Virus record (IMG/VR): IMGVR_UViG_3300033892_000026
Span: 1-13,583 of that record
Strand: one strand, 5' to 3'
DNA: 13,583 bases
Position 1 is the stretch's first letter, and each line of letters starts with the position of its first letter. Positions 6,953-13,583 of the stretch are shown here, piece by piece. The notes below the pieces were generated by a model. The model was not told where the DNA came from. It did not search any database and saw only the letters and a list, made by a program, of their open reading frames with translations. Position numbers and translations under genes: made by a program.

Positions 6953-7236
6953 TATGTATTTACATTTACATTTAGTTTTTTGAGCAGTTCATCCATGAGG
7001 CGTTTATCCTTTTTTAAAATGTCTGCGATATCATCAATATAGTCCTCGACAATCTCTTCTAGGATATCGTCAATGTGTTCTCTGACAATCTCTTCTAAAT
7101 CGTTACGGTCGAACTCGACATCATCAACATCAACATCAACATAACCTTTGTAGTCGTCGCATATGATTCCTTCGTATGTATCATTATAACAAATGTCCTC
7201 TAAGTCTTTGTATCTTATAAACACCGGGACTTTCAC
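6949..7236 (-). CDS. Highly acidic 95-aa protein (29 D/E) with an internal 12-aa duplication
   Basis: GTG start with a GGGGCG RBS-like element; minus-strand TATA TTTATATA (7282-7275); T-run terminator on the minus strand at 6899-6894. Confidence 0.85.
   Translation of the reverse strand: MKVPVFIRYKDLEDICYNDTYEGIICDDYKGYVDVDVDDVEFDRNDLEEIVREHIDDILEEIVEDYIDDIADILKKDKRLMDELLKKLNVNVNTY
7027..7098. repeat. Imperfect 36-bp tandem duplication (LEEIVREHIDDI / LEEIVEDYIDDI)
   Basis: GATATCATCAATATAGTCCTCGACAATCTCTTCTAG versus GATATCGTCAATGTGTTCTCTGACAATCTCTTCTAA. Confidence 0.85.
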
Positions 7237-7273
7237 TTAAGTCGCCCCAACATTAATAGTATTAATAAAACCA

Positions 7274-7301
7274 GTATATAAACCTCAAACAGCTGTTTTT
7301 T
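7274..7301 (-). promoter_or_regulatory. Promoter of the acidic ORF with a palindrome over the BRE region
   Basis: TATA at 7282-7275; CTCAAACA-GC-TGTTT at 7284-7298 directly upstream of it. Confidence 0.75.
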
Positions 7302-7325
7302 AAAGCGGAATACGGATTTCACTCC

Positions 7326-7991
7326 TTAACTTCCATTTAAAACTACGGTAAATATCGTGGTGTTTTGTGCATATATAACTAGAGTATTATCGCATATGTA
7401 CGATTTTACTTCTCCGCCATTATGAATCACTGTTATGCTTCCGTTTATCGGGTAGTATAATGTCTGTTCTATCAGTGCTGTCCCGTTTACCGTGATTTTT
7501 CCTTTTTGCACTGTTATATGCCCGTTATACAGTATCTGCCAACCGTATTCCGATATCCCATACGACGAGTTGTATATTACAGTAAAATTAGGATTTATCA
7601 CGGGGTATACCGTACCTGCAGGGGCGAACCCGCTTATAGCTAATACGGCAGTTTGAGTGCCGTAAAGGTAGAACGTAATTATATAGGCAGATTGTTGTGA
7701 AATAGCAATAGTAGGGTCTGGTGCTGTAACGTTTACTATGGCACGGTCGTGAGGTTTTAGGATTATGACGGTCGGGTACCAACGGTGACTGTTAATTACC
7801 GGCACCAATACATATGTTTTATTGGTAGGGTTTTGTATGCATACCGTTAACACGTTGTACTTATTTATTTCCCCTACATCGTAAAAACCCACTACCTTTG
7901 CGTGCAAAAGCGGGTGATAGAAAAAGATAGAGAACGTGAAGAGGGATGGTATTATGACTCCTAACGTTAGTACGGTTTCAAGCTTTTGCAT
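7326..7991 (-). CDS. Membrane-anchored extracellular beta-rich glycoprotein
   Basis: N-terminal hydrophobic anchor; 8 N-X-S/T sequons (NKT, NVT, NFT, NSS, NGT, NGS, NTT, NGS); GGTGG RBS; overlaps the upstream gene by 14 nt. Confidence 0.82.
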   Translation of the reverse strand: MQKLETVLTLGVIIPSLFTFSIFFYHPLLHAKVVGFYDVGEINKYNVLTVCIQNPTNKTYVLVPVINSHRWYPTVIILKPHDRAIVNVTAPDPTIAISQQSAYIITFYLYGTQTAVLAISGFAPAGTVYPVINPNFTVIYNSSYGISEYGWQILYNGHITVQKGKITVNGTALIEQTLYYPINGSITVIHNGGEVKSYICDNTLVIYAQNTTIFTVVLNGS

Positions 7992-9033
7992 CTTCTACCA
8001 CCATCCACTTGACGTATTGCAACGCAAAATAAAACGTAAAATACGCTAAATCTCTATAAGAGAATATCCATATTAACGCCGGAAGACCCCAAGCTAATTC
8101 TTTCTTATTATTATATAATAGGATTAATGTGAAAAGAGACACTTCAAGTACGGTATACACGAACGAGGGGATAGGCAAGCCGAAGGCTGTAAGGAGCGAA
8201 AACGAAACGCCCTGCTGTGCAACAGGTTGTGTAATAGTTATAACGGACGCAAGGTACTGCTTTGAAATGAAGGGTATTGATGAAAGCAGTAGTGGTAACG
8301 CGAATTCTGCTATCTTCCTAAGTTTCTGTCTTTCAAATTTAATTAGAAGAATAGCTATCAGTATCGCAAACTGCTTTACGTCTGCAGAGATTCCCAGTAA
8401 CAAGTATCTGAACCTCTCGTTTAGTAGGGCAAGAAACGCCAGGGAGTAAGCGACGAGGTTCAACTCCTGTCCTGTCGCAAAATCATACGAAAGTGCGGGA
8501 AATAGGAAAAAAGACCCAATGAAAACGTTTTCGCGTCTTTTGATGAAGGAATATGTAAAAGCTAAAACAGCTGATATTACGTCTACTGTTTCGAGGTTGT
8601 GAAAAACTGCGACACTGATAAATGATAACGGTGGGTAAATATAGACTGACGGCATAAATGAGCTTGACGTAGTGCCAGTCACAACGTTGTACGGGACGTG
8701 GTATATGGAAAACGCTTTAGCCATGGAGTAAAGGTACGGGTTTTTTCCTTCTAGGAATAGCTGTGACGCGTATAATATTATTGCTTCTTCATCCGTCAGG
8801 ATAGGTAACCCCGTCACTATATTCGCTACAGCTGTAACGGTTGCGATAACAAAAGCAGAAACAACGAGTATCCTTTGCCTCACGAATATAGAGAGCATAC
8901 CTAAGGCGACGACGAGGAACGCGGGAGGTAGTAAATACGGTTTTCCGTCACCTAAGAACGCTGTCCCTATACTGGTTAGACCTAGTCCTGCAAAAAACCA
9001 CGATAAATTTTCTTTCAGTTCCATAACAGGCAC
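7978..9033 (-). CDS. Polytopic membrane protein, probable GT-C fold glycosyltransferase (GT87/DUF2029-like)
   Basis: Many transmembrane segments. The first large loop carries TDEE...LFLEGKNPY...YIYPP, and a later KQ motif is present, as typical of GT87-like enzymes. Confidence 0.72.
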   Translation of the reverse strand: MPVMELKENLSWFFAGLGLTSIGTAFLGDGKPYLLPPAFLVVALGMLSIFVRQRILVVSAFVIATVTAVANIVTGLPILTDEEAIILYASQLFLEGKNPYLYSMAKAFSIYHVPYNVVTGTTSSSFMPSVYIYPPLSFISVAVFHNLETVDVISAVLAFTYSFIKRRENVFIGSFFLFPALSYDFATGQELNLVAYSLAFLALLNERFRYLLLGISADVKQFAILIAILLIKFERQKLRKIAEFALPLLLSSIPFISKQYLASVITITQPVAQQGVSFSLLTAFGLPIPSFVYTVLEVSLFTLILLYNNKKELAWGLPALIWIFSYRDLAYFTFYFALQYVKWMVVEDAKA

Positions 9034-9036
9034 CAG

Positions 9037-9696
9037 CTACAGCCTGTCTGTACTTATTGGAGTAATACCCAACGTTTGTGCTATTTCTAGTGGTGACAAC
9101 ATCTCTACTCTCATTTTCGACGTAGTTACTCCTCCGACTTCCATTATACTCCTTTCGAACGCTAACAACAGTAAGACTACTAGCTTGTGTGCCTGGTTAA
9201 GCTTAGCCATTATTTCATCGTAGTTCGCGTCGCTCGCTATCAAACTCTGAAGCTCCGAAAACTTTTCGGTCAATTCATCGGTTGCAAGGCTTGTAAATCT
9301 GTCGGTTAAAATCGATAATAAGATTTGGAAGGTCTCATCTACGTTATATGGGGTACCGTAAAACTGTAGAGATCCACTCTTGAGGTCTTTTGTTAGAATT
9401 AGGACGTAATTGTTTAGGATTTCCTGGATAGTCGTTATTTGGACTGCTTCCTTCTGTGTTACTTGCCTAGTCGGTATGATAGCTTTTTCCCTAATTGCTT
9501 GTCTGACTAAGTTTGGGTCTACTTTTACAATGTTCCTCTTCCCTAATGGCGATAACTGAGGTTGCTGTTGGGTTTGTTGTAATTGTGTGAATAGTGGCGT
9601 TGGTGGTGGAGGGGACGCAGTGCCTCCTACTTCATAGACGGGTTCCTGTTGCTGTTGTTGTTGCTGTTTTTTATTATTTGGATTATTTAGACTCAT
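9037..9696 (-). CDS. Hypothetical 219-aa protein with a poly-Q/poly-P N-terminus and helical C-terminal domain
   Basis: Minus-strand TATA (TTTAAAAA, 9726-9719) about 22 nt upstream; first gene of a 3-gene operon. Confidence 0.85.
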   Translation of the reverse strand: MSLNNPNNKKQQQQQQQEPVYEVGGTASPPPPTPLFTQLQQTQQQPQLSPLGKRNIVKVDPNLVRQAIREKAIIPTRQVTQKEAVQITTIQEILNNYVLILTKDLKSGSLQFYGTPYNVDETFQILLSILTDRFTSLATDELTEKFSELQSLIASDANYDEIMAKLNQAHKLVVLLLLAFERSIMEVGGVTTSKMRVEMLSPLEIAQTLGITPISTDRL

Positions 9697-9718
9697 GTTA
9701 TTTTCTTGTCCCAGAAGG

Positions 9719-9769
9719 TTTTTAAAGCGATTCCAAGACTCAAACAGATGTTTGAGGAAAATTTATAAG
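9719..9769. promoter_or_regulatory. Divergent promoter with perfect palindrome CTCAAACA-GA-TGTTTGAG (9739-9756)
   Basis: Minus-strand TATA at 9719-9726; plus-strand BRE GAAAA at 9757-9761 and TATA TTTATAAG at 9762-9769; perfect 8-bp arms between them. Confidence 0.85.
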
Positions 9770-9790
9770 TTTCTGACGCCAGATGTTCTT

Positions 9791-11542
9791 ATGCAATTGC
9801 AAGAACAACAAGGACAAAACACCGAAAATCTGTCTCCTTCTACCGACGTCTCCACTATTGCACAACGCTTGAAAGACGAGTTAGATAAATACGTTGTCGG
9901 AAATGAAGACGTCAAAACAGCTGTTATAACAGGGCTATTGACTGGGTTTCCTACTTTGCTCATCGGAGACCCAGGTACTGCGAAAACGTATACTATTGAG
10001 ATTTTATCGAAGATGATTGACGGCATTAAACCAGAAGAGCTTTTCATAGTGTTAGCTCATGAGGCAATGACACCAGAGGACATTTTTGGAAATGTAAACC
10101 TGAAAAAACTGAGAGAAGAAGGAGTACTGGAATATATTACCGAAGGCTTCCTACCTTCTGCTAAGTTAGTTTTCATAGACGAGATATTCAAGAGCAACAA
10201 AGTCCTTGCCGAATCGCTGTTCAGAGCGATCAACGAAAAGAAGTTCAAGAACGGGAGTAAAGAGGTCTCTTTACCTTGGTTGGCGTTCTTTTCCGCGTCA
10301 AACGAAGTGAGGGTAAACACACAAGCGGACAGAGCATTTCTAGACAGGTTCAAGATATTCGCTACAGTTCTTTCGCCTAACCTTGAAGATATACAAGACC
10401 TCAAGTCGATCGCAGAAAGGTATTATAAAGTCCTCACAGCGACTAAGCCTACTTCCATCCCGATTGTAACGAGTTACGACGAAGTCAAAAAAATACAGGA
10501 CAAAATCCTTTCAGATTACACTAAATATGTGACAGAGGATATTACACTCGAAGCGATAAAGCAGGCTAACCTTATCTTGGGTGAGATAGGACGTGCTTTG
10601 CAAAACCCGAGGACGTTTGGAGATTCCGGAATTGTAAGGATGTACTTCAAATCCATGGGTGGATATCTGACGATCAGCGAGAGAAAGTTCAAAAGCATAA
10701 TGCAAGTGGCTAACGCACTACGTGAAATGTTCGGCAACTCAACAATTACACCAGTGCATACCGCGTTAGCGTTCTACCTTACAATCCCGTTCACTCCAGA
10801 GTTAAAGAACATAATTACTCCTATAATCTCGACAATGATCAAAACATATTTCGGTGCTGAAGAAGGATCGAACAGGACTTCTATTGATATTAAGGGCTTG
10901 TTAGACAACTTTTTTGAAATTACAAATGATATTTTTGTAGACAAAAATCTGAATAAGATAATAGACGAAACGACCGCTTATGCTGTAAATGTTATTACTA
11001 ACTCATTCCCTGGATCGTCATCCGATTTAGCAAAAGACAAAGCAGACCTTATTTCGAAATTTTCCGATGTAACAACTAGTAAAGACACAGTGGATAAATT
11101 GAATAAATTCATAAAAGCTGTAGGTGCCTTAAGCGATATTGAAACTAAGTACGCTAATAATATTAGAGTAAGGACTTTAGCACGTAAACTCCTTCAAAGT
11201 ATTATGTCTAGTGTCTCTACCAAGATAGATGTAAATCGTTTAAAGACCGATGCATTAGATCAGCTTCAGAAGGCTTATGCCAGGATAAAAGCAGAAATTG
11301 AAAGCAAATTTAACGAACTAACGAAACAAGGAGGTAATGATGAGAACAAAAAACTTATCGAAGGGATACGAAAATTCTTCCCGCAATTTTCTAACGTATT
11401 ACCACAAGAAGCAGTGTTACAAGACCAAAAACAGCAGATAATGGTGAACCTTGCCATTGCTTTTAATGAGGCGGAGAAAAAAATAGTAGATTTCATGGAC
11501 ACATTAGAAAAGACTATAAAGATGCTTTCCCAGATGAAGTGA
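9791..11542 (+). CDS. MoxR/RavA-type AAA+ ATPase (ATV p618-like), about 583 aa
   Basis: Walker A GDPGTAKT, Walker B VFIDEIFK, sensor I ASNE, arginine finger AFLDRF, and ISERK; long helical C-terminus. Start moved to ATG 9791 on promoter geometry. Confidence 0.93.
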   Translation: MQLQEQQGQNTENLSPSTDVSTIAQRLKDELDKYVVGNEDVKTAVITGLLTGFPTLLIGDPGTAKTYTIEILSKMIDGIKPEELFIVLAHEAMTPEDIFGNVNLKKLREEGVLEYITEGFLPSAKLVFIDEIFKSNKVLAESLFRAINEKKFKNGSKEVSLPWLAFFSASNEVRVNTQADRAFLDRFKIFATVLSPNLEDIQDLKSIAERYYKVLTATKPTSIPIVTSYDEVKKIQDKILSDYTKYVTEDITLEAIKQANLILGEIGRALQNPRTFGDSGIVRMYFKSMGGYLTISERKFKSIMQVANALREMFGNSTITPVHTALAFYLTIPFTPELKNIITPIISTMIKTYFGAEEGSNRTSIDIKGLLDNFFEITNDIFVDKNLNKIIDETTAYAVNVITNSFPGSSSDLAKDKADLISKFSDVTTSKDTVDKLNKFIKAVGALSDIETKYANNIRVRTLARKLLQSIMSSVSTKIDVNRLKTDALDQLQKAYARIKAEIESKFNELTKQGGNDENKKLIEGIRKFFPQFSNVLPQEAVLQDQKQQIMVNLAIAFNEAEKKIVDFMDTLEKTIKMLSQMK

Positions 11543-11546
11543 GAGT

Positions 11547-13583
11547 ATGCAAAACTTCTTTAATAATAATGAAGACGACGAGGAGAAACAACTAATACAA
11601 CTAACAGACACTGTCTTTAAAACAGTATCCAAATTACTTAGGATTGGAGCTGACATTAGTGACAGTGTATGGAATACTGTACATAAACTTGTTAAGATAG
11701 CATCAGAACAAAATAAACTTCTATTACAATTCCCAGCAATCCTCGCTTATTTCGTTTATAATTTTCTAAAAAACATCGACCTAGATAGAATTGACGACAT
11801 AAACGAAAAACTGGACGATATCCAACGTCTGATAAAGCGTAAGAACCTTCAGGGTTTATCATTCAACACCATCAAACAGATGTTACAACAGGAGTTGCAG
11901 GAGAGAAAATTCAGACGTAACAGACCTAACAAAACAGAAAAACAACAAGAAGGACAGAAGCAAGGCGAAAAAGAAGGAGAAAAACAGGAAGAGGGAGAAG
12001 AAGGGCAAGAAAGTGGAGAAGAAGGACAAAACATGAATCAAGAGGGTGAAGGAGAAGGACAGGAATCAGAAGGTGAAGGAGAGGGAGAAGAAGAATTAGG
12101 AGAAGAAGGAGAGGGAGGGGAAAGTGAAAATGAAGGGAGCCAGGAACAACAGAGACAGGAATTAGAAAAAGAAAGTCAGGAGAGTAACGGGCAAGAAAAC
12201 GGTGAGGAACAAGAAGGTGAAGAAAGCAATGAAGGGGAACAACAAGGTGGAGAAGGAGAATCACAGGAAGGTGTAGAAGAAGGAGAAGCTGAGGGGAGCC
12301 AGAGCGGAGAAGAGGGAGAGGAGGCAGAATCACAGGGTGAAGAAGGACAAAGCGAGGAAGAAGGAAACGAAGGAGAACAAGGTAATGCCCAGGAAGGACA
12401 AGAATTAGGAGAGGAAGAAGGGGAACAAAGCGAAAACGAAGGACAAAATGGCGAGGAGCAGGGAGGTCAGAACAGTGGAGAAGGACAAGAGGGTAATGAG
12501 GAAGAAAGTGAAGGAAGCCCGAGCGGGGAACAGGAATCAGAAGGAGAATCGCAAGAAGGCGAACAAGGAGGTGGTGAAGAGGGTGAAGGTGGAGAGGAAG
12601 GTGGAGAGCAGGAAGGTGGTGAAGGAGAAGGAAGCGAAAGTGAAAGTACCCAAGGTCAAAATGGTGAACAAGGTGGAGAGGGTTCAGAAGGTGGAGAAGG
12701 GCAAGAAGTTGAAGATATTTTCGAAGACCTCGAAGACAACATTAACGAGGAATCAATGATCTTAGATCAGTTGGAAGAAAGCCTGCAAAAATCACTGACA
12801 GCATTATCAGTTGGGAAAGGCTCGGGAGGAGGAATACTAAACGAAGTCAATCCTAGAATTTTAGAACTGTTAGAGAATGCTAACAGGATTCTGGCTCTGG
12901 CTAACCAGGTCGATTTAGAGTACGCTAACAGAGGCGTTAAGGATCAAGGAGGTGTAATGAAGGGGATAACGACTGGAAATAATATTAAACACATGTTTAA
13001 GAGTCAACTGCTCCTACCAGATGAGATTTTCCTAGAACGCTACACGAACAGAGCTTTACTACAAAGGGCAGTGGAAAACGAGGGAGTCGGAGACTTCTAT
13101 TTCCTTATAGACAAAAGCGGATCGATGAGAAGTACAATGCCGAACGGGTATACGGCATTTGAAAACGTTTCTGCCGTAGCCTTAGCTTCTGCTATGGAAG
13201 CTGAAAAGAATAATAAGAAGGTATTTGTACAGTACTTCGATACTTCATCAACTGAGCCTTTGGACGTTAACAACGTTTTCGAGATAGCTCAGACCGAACC
13301 TGGAGGAGGAACTGACATGATGGACGCACTAAAACACTTCATGGATTATTATAATAACTATCCAGGGTTAAAGGACGTTAGACAGATCTTCATAATGTCT
13401 GACTTTGAGACGAATTATGATAGATTTACTCTTGAGGAGTTTAAGAACTTTGCAAGAAATAATAACCTAGTAGTGACATGTCTGCATGTATATGGTGATG
13501 ATAAAGTGCCTGATGAAATGCAATACATAATAGACGAAATCTGTGACGAATATTACAAATTTAATAACTATGACGCCAGCGAA
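11547..13583 (+). CDS. VWA (MIDAS) domain protein with a long acidic linker, MoxR partner (ATV p892-like); truncated by the window end
   Basis: ATG 4 nt after the ATPase stop (MQNFFNNNEDDEEKQ...); 679 codons to the window end. The same frame gives YFLIDKSGSM (DxSxS at 13110-13124), PGGGTD and IFIMSDF. Absent from the ORF track, consistent with having no stop in the window. Confidence 0.92.
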   Translation, partial: MQNFFNNNEDDEEKQLIQLTDTVFKTVSKLLRIGADISDSVWNTVHKLVKIASEQNKLLLQFPAILAYFVYNFLKNIDLDRIDDINEKLDDIQRLIKRKNLQGLSFNTIKQMLQQELQERKFRRNRPNKTEKQQEGQKQGEKEGEKQEEGEEGQESGEEGQNMNQEGEGEGQESEGEGEGEEELGEEGEGGESENEGSQEQQRQELEKESQESNGQENGEEQEGEESNEGEQQGGEGESQEGVEEGEAEGSQSGEEGEEAESQGEEGQSEEEGNEGEQGNAQEGQELGEEEGEQSENEGQNGEEQGGQNSGEGQEGNEEESEGSPSGEQESEGESQEGEQGGGEEGEGGEEGGEQEGGEGEGSESESTQGQNGEQGGEGSEGGEGQEVEDIFEDLEDNINEESMILDQLEESLQKSLTALSVGKGSGGGILNEVNPRILELLENANRILALANQVDLEYANRGVKDQGGVMKGITTGNNIKHMFKSQLLLPDEIFLERYTNRALLQRAVENEGVGDFYFLIDKSGSMRSTMPNGYTAFENVSAVALASAMEAEKNNKKVFVQYFDTSSTEPLDVNNVFEIAQTEPGGGTDMMDALKHFMDYYNNYPGLKDVRQIFIMSDFETNYDRFTLEEFKNFARNNNLVVTCLHVYGDDKVPDEMQYIIDEICDEYYKFNNYDASE
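11935..12750 (+). repeat. Low-complexity purine-rich tract encoding an E/G/Q/S-rich linker of about 270 aa
   Basis: Reiterated GAA/GGA/GAG/CAA codons (EGEGEG, QESEGE, EELGEEEG motifs). Confidence 0.9.

Noticed and set aside
9695-9790. 32-aa N-terminal extension of the ATPase in the ORF track
   Set aside because: It runs through the divergent promoter and palindrome; ATG 9791 sits at the expected distance from BRE/TATA.
46-11502. Short antisense or nested ORFs (46..240, 325..588, 957..1169, 2854..3099, 2931..3119, 4312..4620, 4475..4714, 6109..6312, 7588..7782, 8129..8449, 9763..10047, 10057..10404, 10511..10705, 10516..10737, 11275..11502)
   Set aside because: They overlap better-supported genes and have no evident promoters, RBS or motifs.
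11849-12759. ORFs 11849..12034(-), 11926..12333(-) and 12448..12759(+)
   Set aside because: Shadow frames of the purine-rich low-complexity tract inside the VWA gene.

Overview
This AT-rich window has archaeal (Sulfolobales-type) expression signals: BRE/TATA promoters about 25 nt upstream of leaderless starts, GGTGA/GGAGG ribosome-binding sites and oligo-T terminators. Gene content fits a segment of a large spindle-shaped virus or provirus (Bicaudaviridae-like: ATV/SMV/STSV group). This assignment is from recalled family knowledge, not a search. The window carries a small tyrosine recombinase, a MoxR/RavA-type AAA+ ATPase followed by a VWA (MIDAS) protein with a very long Glu/Gly/Gln linker (missed by the ORF track, runs off the window end), a GT-C-like membrane glycosyltransferase with a coupled surface glycoprotein, a HAD/PNKP-type phosphatase and many orphans. 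Three non-coding patterns stand out. (1) The palindrome AAACA-NN-TGTTT (extended CTCTCAAACA-NN-TGTTTGAGAG) occurs 6 times exactly and at least 6 times with one mismatch, at both divergent promoters and inside genes. (2) Downstream of the integrase is an array of expression cassettes (terminator, palindrome, conserved 30-bp promoter, orphan ORF), which are candidate early anti-defence genes. (3) A 43-bp IS200/IS605-like single-hairpin scar is inserted after TTAA and replaces the stop codon of a highly acidic 95-aa protein without changing its sequence.
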